Positions 1-14,903 of a DNA stretch of 64,000 nt are shown one piece after another. Position numbers and translations under genes: made by a program. Source of the DNA: Mobula hypostoma (lineage: Eukaryota). The notes beneath the pieces were generated by a model. It saw only the letters and a list, made by a program, of their open reading frames with translations. It was not told where the DNA came from and ran no database searches. Numbering within the stretch: the first letter of the stretch is position 1; every line of letters starts with the position of its first letter. The stretch spans positions 91,142,001 through 91,206,000 of the forward strand of contig NC_086108.1 in the NCBI RefSeq assembly GCF_963921235.1. Direction: 5' to 3'.

Positions 1-390
1 GAATGTCCCAACTGACGAAGGCAAGTGTGTTCTCTTTCTACCACTTTGTCGACACATGTTACACTTTCCGGGAACTATGAACTTGTACCCCTTGGTCTCT
101 CTGTTCTACAGCGCTCCCGGGGCCCTTTCATTTACTATTTTAATTTCCCAAAATGCAACATTTTGCACTTTTCTGAGTCAAATTTCATCTGCCATTCCCT
201 TACCCACTTTCATTGTTGATCGAGATCCTGTTGTAATCTTGGACAATCACCTTCACTGCCCACTGCACTATCAGTTTCAGTGTCATCCACAATCCAGCTA
301 CGTTCTTATCCAAATCATTGGTATATATGACAGACAAAAGGGGACCAAACATTGATCACCTTGGCACATCACTTGTCACATGTGCTCAAT
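1..390 (-). mobile_element. Degenerate CR1-type LINE RT fragment
   Basis: Minus strand resembles ..GPLL.VIY.NDLD.. and KC..LHFG region of CR1 ORF2. Confidence 0.6.
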
Positions 391-1624
391 GTGAGGAAAA
401 AAATTTGCAGTGCTTGTGGAGCATGTAATCCAGTACCCAAAATATATAATGTTCTACAGCTATAGTTTAACTCGCTCTTTTCATTTAAGCCAAGTGAAAT
501 CTCTGCTACAAACCTAAATTGTTGGGGGAGAAATCTATTAAAAGTCTATCAAATCAGCAATAATTAATCTGGGAACCCAATTGTATGTCACCAGCAATAT
601 AAAAGCTATTTTCATCTAACAATAAACAGGCAGCATGCATCAAAAAGCTACAAACTCTCTAATTTAATATAATATTCTTGCAGTCTTTTGAAAACATGTT
701 GTACCTCCAACCATCTCAAAACAATCTGCAGGAATAGCTCAGAAACAATCTGATTCCGAGCTGCAATAATGCATACTAGGCATGTGTTCAAATGCTGGAG
801 CACCAAATTATGTTTTAAGGAGTTACTTAAAGGACAGGCTGTTTAACCAACTGGAACTACAGATGTTCATTGTGACAGCAACAATAATTTCCAGGTTATT
901 CTTTCTATCCATTTACTTCAACATAATTATGAGGCTATGAGTTTTGAATACTAAATGCTGTAAAAAATGTTGTAAGCATTTGGAACCAAGGATACAGTCT
1001 AAAATAAAAAATAAGTTTTTGTACCTTTCAAAGACTGATGCTCTAGGTACAGTATTTGCATGTGAGAAATTGGCTGCACAGTTGAGAATCTTAGTTTCAA
1101 ACATTTTGCCAGCTTTGCTAGTCCCCGTCATAAAATTTGAACCAAAAAACTGAACACACTCTTACCTCGCCCCATGCATTAGATATTAAGGGTAGGTTCT
1201 GAATGGTGAAGATGTTCAGCGATTTTTACCTGCCAAGTAAAATCAATGCTAAATTTGATCAAAACCTGAAGAGGATGATATATATTCCTGTCACTAAGCT
1301 GCATTGCGGTGTATCCTGCTCCCATCATTTTTACAACAGTCAGCCTACTCATCTTATAAGAAGTCAAAGAAGGTTTATTTACCAATGCAATCTGTTAAAA
1401 AAAGATGCACAGTGTTAAGATACAAAGGACCTATACCCTAAGGTTGATGCAACACTCACAATACGCTGGAGGAACTCAGCAAGTCGGGCAGCATCCGTGG
1501 AAAAGCTCGGTCGACGTTTCGGGCCGGAACCCTTTATCAGGGTTGATATTGCTTGAAGGGCAGTGTTGAGGTCCTCCATCATGAAAGATGCTGGAGACAT
1601 TCTTCCAACAGAAAAAGTAGCTCT

Positions 1625-4023
1625 GATGAATACCTAAGAGATGGATTTTTAGAGCAGTTGTTGAGCCTACTAGGGGATCAGCTGCATTGTGCTGGGTGTT
1701 ATGTAATGAACTGGAGGCAATTAAGGGAGCTTAAGGTAAAAGAACCCTTAGGAACCAGTGATCACAATATGATTGACTTCAATTTGCAATTTAATAGGGA
1801 AAAAGTAAAGCCTGATGTGGCAGTATTTCAGTGGAGTAAAGGAAATTACAGTGGTATGAGAGAGGAGCTGGCCCAAGTAAACTGGAAGGAGCTGCTGGCA
1901 GGGATGTCAGCAGAGCAGCAATGGTGTGTTTCTGGGGAAAATGAGGAAGGTGCAGGACATGTGTATTCTAAAAATGAAGAAATACTCCAATGTTAAAAGA
2001 GTACAACCATGGCTGACAAGGGAAGTCAAAGCTATTGTAAACGCAAAAGAAAGGGCAAACAAATAAGCAAAAATTAGTGGGAAGATAGAGGATTGGGAAG
2101 TTTTTAAAAACCTACAGAGAGAAACTAAAAAATCATTAGAAGGGAGAAGATGAAATATGAAAGCAAGCTAGCAAATAATATCAAAATGGATAGAAAAAGT
2201 GTTTTCAAGTATGTTAAAAATAAAAGAGAACTGAAAGTGGACATAGGGCCACTAGAAAATGAGGCAGGAAAAATAATAATGGGGGACAAGGAGATAACTG
2301 ATGAACTAAATGAGTATTTTGCATCAGTTTTCACTGTGGAAGACATTAGCAGTATGCCTGATATTGTAGCGTGTGAAGAAAGAGAAGTGGGTGCAGTTAC
2401 TATTACAAGGGAGAAGGTGGTCAAAAAACTAAAGGACCTAAAGGTACATAAGTCACCCAGACCAGATGAACTGCACCCTAGGGTTCTGAAAAAGGTAGTG
2501 TTACAGACAGTGTGGTATTAGAAATGATCTTTCAAAAATCATTGGACTCTGGCATGGTGTCAAAGGACTGGAGAATTGCAAATGTCACTCTACTCTTTAA
2601 GAAAGGAGGATGGCAGCAGAAAGGAAATTATAGACCAGTTAGCCTGACCTCAGTGGTTGGGAAGATGTTAGAGTCAATTGTTAAGGATGGGATGATGGAG
2701 TACTTGGTGACACAGGACAACATAGTACAAAGTCAGCATGGCTTCCTTCAGGGAAAATCCTGCCTGACGAACCTGTTGGAATTCTTTGAGGAGATTAAAA
2801 GTAGGATAGATAAAGGGGATGTAGTGGATATTGTATATTTGAACTTTCTGAAGACCTTTGACAAAATGCCACACATAAGGCTGCTTACCAAGTTGCAAGC
2901 CCATGGTATTACAAGTTACTAACATGGTTGGAACATTGGCACTTTGGTAAGGGGGAGCAAGTGGGAATAAAAGGATCCTTTTCTGGTTGGCTGCCGGTGG
3001 TGTTCCGCAGGGGTCAGTGTTGTGACCACTTCTTTTTATGGTGTATATAAATGATTTAGATGATGGACTAGATGGCTTTGTTGACAAGTTTTCAGATGAT
3101 ACGAAGATTGGTGGAGGGGCAGGTAGTGCTGAGGAAACAGGAAGGATGCAGAAGGACAGACAGCTGGGAGAATGGGCAAGAAAGTAGCAAATGAAATACA
3201 ATGTTGGAAAATGCATGGTCATGCAATTTGGTAGTCAAAATGAATGTGTGGACTACTTTCTAAATGGGGAGAAAATCCAAGAATCTGAGATGGAAAGGGA
3301 CTTGGGAGTCCTTGTGCAGAATACCATAAAGGTTAACTTGCTGGTTGAGTCAGTGGTGAGGAAGACAAATGCCATGCTAGCATTCATTTCAAGAGGTCTG
3401 AAATACAAGAGCAAGGATGTGATACTGAGGCTCTATAAAGTACTGCTGAGGCCTCACCTTGAGTATTGTGAACAGTTTTGGGACCCTACATCTTAGAAGA
3501 GATGTGCTGGCATTGGAAAGGGTCCAGAGGAGGTTTGCAAGGATGATTCCAGGAATGAAAGGGTTATCATACGAGGAATGTTTGATGGGTCTGAGTCTGT
3601 ACTTGCTGGAATTCAGAAGGATGAGGGGGGATCTCATTGAAACCTTTCAAATGTTGAAAGGCCTAAACAGAGTAGATGTGGAAAGGATGTTTCTCATGGT
3701 GGGAGAGTCTAGAAAAATAGGACACAGCCTCAGGATAAAGGGGCACCCTTTCAAAACAAAGATGCGGAGAAATTTCTTTAACCAATGGTGGTGAATTTGT
3801 GGAATTTGTTGCCACATGCAGCTGTGGAGGTCAGGTCATTGGGTGTATTTAAGGCAGAGATTGATAGGTTCTTGATTGGACATGGCATCAAAGGTTATGG
3901 GGAGAAGGCTAGGAACTGGGGTTGAGGAGGGGGGAGAAAAAAGGATCAGCCATAATTGAATGGTGGAGCAGACTCAATGGGCCAGATGCCCTAATTCTGC
4001 TCCTATGTCTTATGGTCTTATGA
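1625..4023 (+). mobile_element. CR1-type LINE, 5'-truncated ORF2 (endonuclease end, RT) and 3' UTR
   Basis: EPLGTSDHNMI, NYRPVSLTSVVGK, QHGF..GKSCLTNL, KFSDDTK, RPHLEYC, LERVQRRF; tcttatgg-type tail; several frameshifts. Confidence 0.93.
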
Positions 4024-4844
4024 TATCTTACCAGTATCCAGTGTATGCACAAAGTTTACATTTTCGCTAATTTAACATTGGTATTTAGAACTACATCCCA
4101 GCATACAAGTTTTGTCTTTCCACATTCCTATATTCTGTTCATCAAAAGTTGGGTATCTTTCCATCTTTTTAATCCTTTTCTTGGTCATTTATCAGCTGCA
4201 AGCATGGAAGTTAATGAATCCCTTGGAACAGACACTGGCTGCACTGCTCTGAACCAGCAGTTAAACAACACATGAGACAGAGCCAGAAGATAACTCACTC
4301 ATCTGGCCTGTGCTGACTGTACATTGTGTGATGCCACTGTAATCAGTAATAGCAAAAGCAAACCTGTTTCTCCAAACTGTCAGATAATTCACCAGCCATC
4401 TTGTAGACTTTGAGATTGACAGTGATCAAAGGGAAGCATAAAGAGATGGAATTAAGACCATGAGACCATAAGACATAAAGCAAAATTAGACCATTTGGCA
4501 CATTCATGTCTGATCTGCCATTCCATCATGACTGATTCATTACCCCTCTCAACCCCATTTTCCTGACTTCTTTGCATAACTTTTAACACCTTGACTATTC
4601 AAGAACCTATCAACCTCTGCTCCAAATATACCCAATGATTTGGTCTCCACAGACATCTATGGCATTGAATTCCACAGATTCACCATCCTCTGGCTAAAGA
4701 AATACCCCCTTATCTCTATTCTCAAGGAAAATTCTTCTATTCATAGGCTGTGTCCTCTGGTCCTAGACTCCCCCATTATAGGAAACATCCTTCCCACATT
4801 CACTCTACCTAGACCCTTCAATATTCAAAAGTTTTTAACAAGAT

Positions 4845-5367
4845 GCCCAGTTCTGGTTACCTCACTACAGGAAGGACCTGGAAACCATAAAAAGGATGCA
4901 GAGAAGATTTACAAGGATGTTGCCTGGATTGGGGAGCATGCCTTATGAAAATAGGTTGAGTGAACTCAGCCTTTTCTCCTTGGAGCGACGGAGGATGAGA
5001 AGTGGCCTGATAGAGGAGTTCAAGATAATGAGAGGCATTGATTATGTGGATAGTCAGAGGCTTTTTCCCAGGGCTGAAATGGCTAGCATGAGAGAGCATA
5101 GTTTTGAGGTGCTTGAACGTAGGTACAGAGGAGATGTCAGGGGTAAGTTTTTTACACAGAGAGCAGTGAGTGCATGGAATGGGCTGCCGGCAGCAGTGGT
5201 GGAGGCGGAAACGATAGGGTCTTTTAAGTAACTCCTGGATGGCTACATGGAGTTTAGAAAAATAGAGGGCTATGGGTAAAGCCTAGGTAGTTCTAAGGTA
5301 GGGACATGTTCAGCATAGCTTTGTGGGCTGAAGGGCCGGTATTGTGCTGTAGGTTTTCTATGTTTCT
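4845..5367 (+). mobile_element. CR1 3' fragment nested in the opposite-strand CR1
   Basis: QRRFTRMLPGL..LFSLERRRMR..FFTQR..WNGLP; tail ttctatgtttct; TSD AAGAT at 4840-4844 and 5368-5372. Confidence 0.88.
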
Positions 5368-7200
5368 AAGATCCCCTGTCATACTTCTAAATTCTAGTAA
5401 GTACGAGCCCAGAGCCATCAAACACTCCTCATACATTAACCCTCTCCTTCCCTGAGTCATTATCATCAACTTTCTCAGGACCCTGTCCAATGCCAGCACA
5501 TCTCTTCTTAGATAAGGAGCCCAAAACAGCTCACAAAACTCCAAATGCAGTCTGACCAATGCCTTGTTTACCCTCAGCATTACACCATTGGTTTTATATT
5601 CTAGTTCTCTCAAAATGAGTGCTAACATTGTTCTTATCTCTCTTACTACTGACTGAACCTGCAAGTTAAACTTTATGGAATCCTACATGAGGACTCCCAA
5701 TTTCCTTTGCACCTCTGATTTTTGAATTTTCTTTCTATTTAGGAAATAGCCTATGCCTTTATTCCTACCAAAATATATAACCATACACTTCCCTACACTA
5801 TATTCCAACTCCCATTTCTTTACCCATTTTCTTAGTCTGTCTAAGTCCTTCTGCAGACTCCTTGCTTTCTCAGCACCATCTGACCCCCCACCTATCTATC
5901 TATCTTATGCAAAACTGGCCACAAAGCTATCAATTCTATCATCCAGATCATTAACATTTAATGTGGTCCCAACACCGACACCTGCAGAGCACCACTAGTC
6001 ACCAGCAGCCAACCAGAAAAAGACACATTTTATTCCCACTCCTGCCAGTTAGCAATCTTTGATCCATGCTAGTATCTTTCCTGAAATAGCATGTGCTCTT
6101 ATCTTGTTAAGCAGCTTCATGTGAGGGACCTGGTCAAAGGCTTTCTGAAAATCCAAATAAACAACATCCATGTCTCTCCTTTGTCTACCTTCCTGTTATT
6201 TCCTCAGGTAATTCCAACAGATTTGTCAGGCAAGATTTCCCCTTATGGAAAACATGCTGATCTTGGTCTATTTCATCATGTGCCTTCAAGTATCCTGAAA
6301 TCATATGGTTAATAATGGACTCCAGCATCTTCCCAACCACTGAAGTCAGACTAACTGGCCTATAATGTCCCTTTTCTGCCTCCCTCACTTAGAGAGTGGA
6401 GTGACATTTCAATTTTCCGGTCCCCTAGAACCATCCCAGAATCTAGTGATTCTTGAAAGATCATTACTATTGCCTTCACAAACTCTTCAGTTACCTCTGA
6501 GAACCCTGGACTGGGATGCATCTGGTCCAGGTGACTTACCTACTTACAGATCTTTCAGCTTCCCAGGCATCTTCTCCTTAGAAATAGCAACTACATTCAC
6601 TTCTGCCCTATGACACTCTTGAATTTCTGGCATACTGCTAGTGTCATCCCCAGTGAAGACTGATGCAAAATACTCATTAAGTTTCTTTTGCCTTTTCTTT
6701 CTCCCCCATTACTACCTCTCTAGCATCATTTTCAAGTGGTCCGAAATCCACTCTCACCTCTCTTTTACTCTTGATATATCTGAGAAAAACATTTTGTATT
6801 TTTTATTTTATTGGCTACTTTACCTTCATATTTTATCTTTTCTCTCCTTCTGGCCTTGCCTTCTGTTGGTTTTCAAAAGCTTCCCAAACCTCCACCTTCC
6901 CACCAATTTTTCCTGTATTATATGCCCCCTCTTTTGCTTTTATGCTGTCTCTGACTTACTTTGTCAGCCATGGTTGCATTATCCTCCTTTTACAATACTT
7001 CTTCATCTTTGAGATGTATCTATACTGCACTTTGCAAATTGTTCCTAGGAACTCCAGCCATTGTGGCTTTGCCATCATCCCTGCTGGTGTTTCCTTGCAA
7101 TCAGTTTTGGCCAGCTCCTCTCCATGCCTCTCTTGACTATTCCCTTTTTTCACCACTGTTATACTGATACATCGGGCATTAGCTTCTCGTTTGCAATCTG

Positions 7201-8792
7201 TATCAGAATCATGTTTATTATCATTGGCATATGTCATGAAATTTGTTAACTGAGCAGCAGCAATTCAATGCGATACATAATATACAATAAATAAATAAAT
7301 TACAGTATATGTATACTGGAGATTAAAAATCGTACAAAAGTAGAAATAATATATATTGAAAAAGAGAGGTAGTGTTCACGGGTTCAATGTCCATTTAGGA
7401 AAAAAATGGTAGCGGGGAAGAAGCTGTTCCTGAATCCTGAGTGTGTGCCTTCAGGCTTTTGGTAACAATGAGAAAAGGGCATGCCCTGGGTGCTGGGTCC
7501 TTAATAATGGACGCTGCCTTTCTGAAACACCATTCCTTGAAGATATCCTGGGTACCTTGTAGGCTGGTACCCAAGATGGAGCTGAGTAAATTTATGACCC
7601 TCTATAGCTTCTTTCGGTCCTGTGCAGTAGCCAGCCTGTCAGAATACTCTCCATGGTACATCTATTGAAGTTTTTGGGTGTTTTTTGTTGACATACTAAA
7701 TCTCTTCAAACTCCTAATGAAGTATGGTCACTGTCTTGCCTTCTTTATAGCTGCATCGATATGTTGGGACCAGGTTAGGTCCTCAGAGATCTTGACACCC
7801 AGGAACTTGAAACTGCTCACTCTCTCCACTTCTGATCCCTCTATGAGGATTGGTGTGTGTTCCTTCGTCTTACCCTTTCTGAAGTCCACAACCAACTCTT
7901 TCGTCTTACTGACATGGAGTGCAAGTTTGTTGCTGTGACACCACTCCACTAGTTGGTATATCTCGCTCCTGTGTGCCCTCTTGTCTCCATCTAGGATTCT
8001 ACCAACAGCAAATTAATGGATGGTATTTGAGCTATGGCTAGCCACACAGTCATAGGTGTAGAGAGAGTAGAGCAGTGGGCTAAGCACAAACCCCTGAGGT
8101 GCACCAGTGTTGATCGTCAGCGAGGAGGAGATATTATCACCAATCCACACAGGTTGTGGTCTTCCAGTTAGGAAGTCAAGAATCCAATTGCAGAGGAAAG
8201 TACAGAGGCCAGGTTTAATAACTTATCAATCAGGGTTTTGCGAACAATGGTGTTAAATGCTGAGCTACAGTTGATGAACAGCATCCTGAGATAGGTGTTT
8301 GCATTATCTAGGTGGTCTAAGGCTGTGTGAAGAGCCATTGAGATTATGTCTGCTGTTAACCTGTTGTGGCGATAGGCAAATTGCAATGGGTCCAAGTCCT
8401 TGCTGAGACAGAAATTCAGTCTAGTCATGACCAACCTCTCAAAGCAGTTCATCACTGTAGATGTGAGTGCTACCGGGCAATAGTCATTAAGGCAGCTCAC
8501 ATTATTCTTAGGCACTGGTATAATTGTTGCCTTTTTGAAGCAATAGGAACTTCTGCCCGTAACAGTGAGAGGTTGAAATTGACCTTGAATACTCCCGCCA
8601 GTTGGTTGGCACAAGTTTTCAAAGTCCTACCAGGTACTTTGCAGGGCCTTCCGCCATGCAACGGTCCACTCTCTTTAAAGACGGAGATCACAGGGTCACC
8701 GGGTGCAGCAGGGATCTTCACAGCTGTAGTTATATTCTCCCTTCCAAAGTGGGTATAGAAGGCATTGTGTTCATCTGGTAGTGAAGCAGGTG
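7201..8792 (-). mobile_element. Rex1/Babar-type LINE RT and 3' end, nested in CR1
   Basis: [53 protein letters not shown]; possible TSD AATCTG at 7195-7200 and 8793-8798. Confidence 0.88.
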
Positions 8793-10649
8793 AATCTGGT
8801 GCATTCTATCATATTATCATCACTTCTCCTAAGGGTTCCGTTACCTTAAGCTCCCTAATCAAATACAGTTCATTACATGACAGCCAATACAGAATTGGAA
8901 TTTCCATAGTGAGCTCTAACACAAGCTGTTCTAAAAAGACATCTGCTAGGCATTCTATAAATTCTGTCTCTTGAGATCCAGCACCAACTTGATTTTCCCA
9001 ATTTACAGACATATTGAAATCCCCCATGACTATTATAACATTCCCCTTTTTACATGCCATATAGAACTCCTGTGTAATTCATAGCCCACATCCTGGCAAC
9101 TGTTCAGAGGCCTGTATACAACTCCCATCAGATTACTTTTGTCCTTGCAGCATCTTAACTGCAAGGATTCTACATCCTCTGATCTTATGTCATCTCTTTC
9201 TAAGATTTGATTTTTTTAATCAACAGAGCCACCCCACCCCCTCTGCCTACCTGCCTGTCCTTTCAATACAATTAATATCCTTGGATGTTAAGCTTCTAAC
9301 TATGATTTTCTTTCAGCCATGACTCAATGATGCCCACAATGTCATACCTGCCAATCTCTAACTGCACTACAGGATCATCTATCTTATTCTGTATTCTGTG
9401 TGCATTCAAATATAACACCTTCAGTTCTGTTTTCATCACCTTTTTCAATTTTGCTCCATATTACACTTCACCTCATTCCACTGAATGCAATTTTGTCCTA
9501 TCCCCACAGTCTCACTCCACACTGCACTTACTTGTATACCAACTGCCCCATTCTCAGTTCTAACACTCCATTTCCACTTCCCTGTCAAATTAGTTTAAAC
9601 CCTCCCCAAAAGCTCTTACAAGCCTGAGTACAGGGATATTAATGCCCTTTGATTTCAGGTGTAATCAATCCTTGTTGTATAGGTCATACATTTCCCAGAG
9701 AAATCCTAATGATCCAAAAATCTTAAACCCTGTCCCCTGCAATAATTCCCCAACCACACATTCATCAGCCAAATCATCCTATTCTTACCCTCACGGGCAC
9801 TTGGCACAGGCAGCAATCCAGATTAATACTTTGTTGTCCTGCTTTTCAGCTTTCTACCCAAGTCCCTTTATCTCTTTTCAGGACCTCATCCCTTTTCTAC
9901 CTAAATCATTGGTACCAATATTTACCGCCACTTCTGGCTGTGCACCCTCCATCTTTGGAGCACTGTGGACCCAGTCCAAGATATCCGTGACCTTGGCGCC
10001 TGGGAGGCAACCTAACATCCGGGTATCTCCTTCACATCCACAGAACCTTCAGTCTGCTCCTCTAACTATGGAATCCCCTATCACTACTGTACTCCTCTCT
10101 TTCCCCTTCTGAGCCACGGAGCCAGACTCAGTGCCAGAGACCCGGTCATTGCAGCTTCCCCGAGTTAGTTCTTTTCCTCCCGACCCAAAAATGTCCAAAG
10201 TGGTATTCTTATTATTCAGGCGAATTGCCACAGGGCGTACTCTTCACTGGCTTCCTATTCCCTTTCCCTGTCTTGACAGTCACCCACCTATCTTCCTTCC
10301 ATATCTTAGGGACAACTACCTCCTTATAGTTCCTATCTATCACCTCCCTCATTGTCTTGTATGAACCAAAGTTCATCAAGCTGCAGCTCCAGTTCCTTAA
10401 CACAGTCTTTAAGGAGCAGCAGCTCAGTACACTTCATTCAGATGTAGTTACCAAGGAGGCTGGAGGTCTACCAGAGTTCCCACATCTCACACAAAGAATA
10501 TGCCACTATCCCTGGACCAATTCCAGATGAGAATGAAGTTTTTTGAAAGTTATGGTTTTTAATTCTCATGTGACAATTATCTGGAAATGTAACATTATGG
10601 TGTTAAAATTGGGACCTTGGGAATATTGAATCCACAGATTGGAAAGATT

Positions 10650-10940
10650 GGGTGCAGCACTGTCGTACAGCAGTAAGTGTAATGTTATGACAGTGCCAGC
10701 TATAAGATCAGGGTTCGATCTCTGCTGCGGTCTGTAAGGAGTTGGTATGCTCCAGTGTCCTCCCACATTCCAAAGATGTATAGTTTGGGATTGAGAGTTT
10801 TTGGCATGCTATGTTGGTGCTAGAAACGTAGCAACACTTCCAAGCTGCTCTGCACAATGCTCGCTGATTTGTTTGACACAACTGATGCATTTCACTGTAT
10901 GTTTCGATGTACAAGTGACAAATAAAGCTTATCTTTATAT
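10650..10940 (+). mobile_element. SINE-like repeat with tRNA-derived head
   Basis: GGGTTCGATCTC B-box-like motif and gacaaataaagc tail; related copies near 49700-49900, 51760-51960 and 54560-54690. Confidence 0.55.
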
Positions 10941-13454
10941 TTGGTCTCACTGACCATGAAATTGAAGGATAGAGCAAAAATCACAAACTGCAGGGAGAGA
11001 GAGATATGGGTGAATTCAGCTCAATACAGAAGACAATTAAACAGGTAGAGAGGGAAATTGGCTTAAGAAAGAATTTACGAAAAAAGGTAATATGAAACAA
11101 ATTCATATTTAATTATCATTCAACCATATATACATGAATACCCATGAATATAGCCAAACAAGACAGCGTTCCCCCAGAGCTAAGGTGTAAATAAGTACCA
11201 ACAGTCATACGCTGCACAAGGCACATATAGCACATATGAGGTAGCAACTAAAATACAGTCACACAAAAAATATATATCCCAATTCTCTGAGTGACGTATC
11301 CTGCATGGGTGTTATTGGCAAGATAAGTAGTTTGCTGCAGGAGTGCGCAGATAAACGTACACATGCACACACACAATCCAGCTTGTCATTCCACCAGTCG
11401 AACACTGGAGGGCAGCACTGATGGGAGGGGCCAGCCCCCAACCCAGCATGATTACTGTGCTACACCACTTCTAGAGTCCCCTATCCTGACTGCTGCAACA
11501 GGCAGGCACGCGGCTTGAGGCCTATTCCTCACTACAATCGAGACCACACAGCACCCCGCAGTCTCACCGATATATAAGGGAAACAGACTTGCAGCAGTTT
11601 ACATTACCAGTGTCCAATGGGGTCTTGCAATCGTAAGAGAAGCATCCAAGACAATCGCTCACTGTTTGACTGCACATCAACTCCAATTCCTTCCTGTAGC
11701 AGGCAGTAACATGGTCTGCACCAAGTTCCAACAAGCAGCTCACTGATGGGGTAGTTCTGCAGTACCTGAAGTTCTTCATGTCCATCATTGTCTTGTGATC
11801 ATAAAAAAGACAAAAACGTGCTTGGTTGGCCCCCGAGAGGCTGCTTCTGTGTTTGAACGTACCACCACTTTAAGAACAAGAAGTAAAATATAAGAATTGG
11901 GAAATCTGGAAACAATTTAGTACCTATAAGGAGTCAATTGCTCCCTTCCCTGGTCATGCAGTTTCAATGGTAAGTCAGAATCATAGATCATGTCATTCAA
12001 AGTGGTGCTTACAATATGAAAAGCTAGCCTTGGATAGCTCCAACTCGATCCATTCATAACAGAGGCGTGCTTTTATAATCCTTGGGAAAAATGAAATGCA
12101 ATTTTTGATGCTTACGAAGAAGGAAGTTGTGCAGCAACAAATAAATTTGAAAATCATTTCCTTGCACAAATTGCTGATTTTTTTTCATTGCTAATAGTAA
12201 TGCTGGACTACCACTTTTTCTGTAATTTTTTCAGCTATTTTTGAACTAATAAACTCACAATGTTAATTTCAGTGAACCTTTCGATTTTGATACCATACTT
12301 CTTATGCCCATCACTACCCTCCCCCCACCCCCATCTGGGGGATAGGCTACCGACAGCAGTTTGTCAGAGTCCTCTGTCCTGGGCCAGTCTTTTACGTTGT
12401 CCTCAGGTGTAGACCATCATCAAAGATCTTTCTTCTCCCAGGAATGAGATTTGAGGAGCTTCCATTGGTGTTTCTGTAGCTATAAGTTTTTTTTTAATGG
12501 GATGGGGTTGCTAGCCCCATGCCCAACCCTCCTTTCCCAGCTAGGCTTGGGACCATCCACGGTGGAGTTATTCTGATACCCTGACTTCTTATAAATGTTG
12601 CTGATGGGATGTGGGCAAAGCTGAAACAGCCACTTTTACAGCCCAAGTCTGGTTTCCCAGGAAAGGAAATATGTTATGTCTGCAGCCTGTTATACAACTA
12701 TAGCGATGGAATGGATTTTGGCTACATGCTCTTATCACACAAGATAAGTGCATCAACATAACAAGTATGAAATTGAATTGAATGGTGGACTGATCTCATG
12801 TCACAAATATGACCATTTATAGAAGCACAGTTGAAGTTTTATCAATCTGAGTATGATTAAACTGAAAACTTAACAGAGAAAAATTACTCACCCGTTGGTG
12901 GTATTCTTTGATGTGTAAAATCATGTTACATCACATCATGAAGACTTAACATCTTTTTTTCATACTTCCACTTATCTAAAAATGAATGCTTTTGAGGGGC
13001 TTTCAATCTGGCATAAGCAATATATGTTGAGTTTCGTGGCTGAAATTTATGTGTCCACTGTGGTACTACCATCTGAAAGTCTGAGACAGGCTGAACCTCA
13101 CAACGATACAATCTAGACTAACAGATGGACATTTTTTGGAAGAAAAGGGATTAGAAATGTACAGTTTGGATAATGAATGCAGAGGAAGAGGTGCAATTGA
13201 CTCAGAATCAAATTCAAATTCAGAATTAGGTTTATCACTGACATATATTGTGAAATTTGTTGTTTCATGGAACAGTGCAGTACAAGATATAAAAATTACC
13301 ATAAATTACAAAACTAAATAAATAATGCAAAAGAAAAATAACCATTTAGTGTTCATGGATTCATGGACCATTCAAGAATTTTACGGTGGAGGGAAAGGAA
13401 CTGCTCTTAAAACACTGTGTGAGCCTTTAGTCTCAATGACCTCCTCCTCAGTGG

Positions 13455-14050
13455 TCACAGAGCATCGAGTACCACAGCACAGAAGCAGGTCCTTTGGCCC
13501 ATCTACTGCATGCTAGCCTATTTCTCTGCCTAGTTCCATCTACCCACACTTGGATCATAGCCCTCCAAATCCCTTATATCTGTGTACCTATCCAAATTTA
13601 TCTTAACTGTTGCAGCTCATTCCACACTCACGCTACCCCCTGAATGTAGAAATTGCCCCTCAAATTTTCCCCTTAAATATTTCACCTTTCACCGTAAACC
13701 TAGTTCCCATCTCACCCAACTTCAGGAGATAAACCCTGTATTATTTACCCTATCTATAACCCTCATAATTTTATATACCTCTATAAGATCTTCACTCATT
13801 ATCCTGTGCTCTGGGAAATAACGTCCTAACCTATTCAACCTTTCCCTATAACTCAGGTCCTCAAGTTCAAAGGTTCAATTTAAAATCAGAGAATGTATAC
13901 AGTATACAGTTTGAAATCCATACTCTTCACATACATCCACAAAACAGAAGAAAAAAAACCCAAAGAATGAAGTCCCAGCAACATCCTTGTGAATTTTCGC
14001 TGCAATGTTTCAAGCTTATTGATACCTTTCCTGTAGGTAGGTGACCCGAA
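13455..14050 (-). mobile_element. CR1 3' fragment
   Basis: SPTYRK.INKLE.LQRKFTRML on the minus strand plus CR1-like 3' UTR. Confidence 0.7.
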
Positions 14051-14059
14051 TTCAGCCTC

Positions 14060-14560
14060 ATATGAAGAGGGCATATCCGGGATGATGGGGATCATTTCTA
14101 AGGAATGCCATCTTGAGGTACTGCCTCTTGTGGATGTTCCTGATAACAGTGAGTGTTGTGCCGATGATAGAGCTGACTAAGTTTAGAGCCCTCTGCAGCC
14201 TCTTGTGATCCTGTGCATTGGAGCCTTCATATCAGAGAGTGATGCAACCAGTTAGAATGCTCTCCACTGTGTATTTGCAGAAATTATCATGAGTCTTTGA
14301 TGATATACCAAATTGCCTCAAAATCCAAATGAGGTAGAGCTGCTGGTCTGTTTCATTGTAATTACATCAATGTGTTGAACCCAGGATAGATCCTCCGAGA
14401 TGTTAGCACCCAGAAACTTGAAGTTGCTCGCTCTTTGCACCACTGAACACTCAAAGACGACTGGTGTGTGTTCTCCAGACTTCTTCGTAAAGTCCACAAT
14501 CAAGTCCTTGGTTTTCTGACAGTGAATGCGAGGTTGTTGTTGTGACATCACTCAACCATC
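14060..14560 (-). mobile_element. Rex1-type LINE fragment
   Basis: KTKDLIVDF..FKFLGANISEDLSW; similar to 7500-7950. Confidence 0.8.
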
Positions 14561-14850
14561 TAAAATGTTTCACTGGGTCTTTTTACGAGACTTTTCATGG
14601 GAATTTCATTACAGCTGAGTCAAATGAAAGACTGCAGGTCAGAATGAGAAAAAAAATTAAGGACTCATAGAAAGATCCAATCAGAGAAAGGAAGGGAGAC
14701 TTTCTGTTTGTCGCTGGGCTGGATATGCTGAATGTAATTTCCAGTTATAAATTATTAATCCCAACACAAACCCTCTGGATTCACCTATTTCATCCAATTT
14801 CCTACCAATTTCCTATGAAATGATAACTTGACTTTAACAGTTTCATCACT

Positions 14851-14903
14851 GAAGAGAGAGAGGGAGAGAGAGAAAGAGAGAGATGGAAAAGAGAGAGAGA
14901 GAG
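14851..14903. repeat. Imperfect (GA)n microsatellite
   Basis: gaagagagagagggagagagagaaagagag... Confidence 0.8.

Larger units (their letters stand above)
4455..10520 (-). mobile_element. Long CR1-type LINE (ORF1 esterase, ORF2 endonuclease and RT remnants) interrupted by two nested insertions
   Basis: ORF1 VVIGDSIVRG (~10070), endonuclease VMGDFN and EPLG (8809-9060), RT YRPVSLTSVVGK (6185-6388), 3' tail near 4455-4480. Confidence 0.88.
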
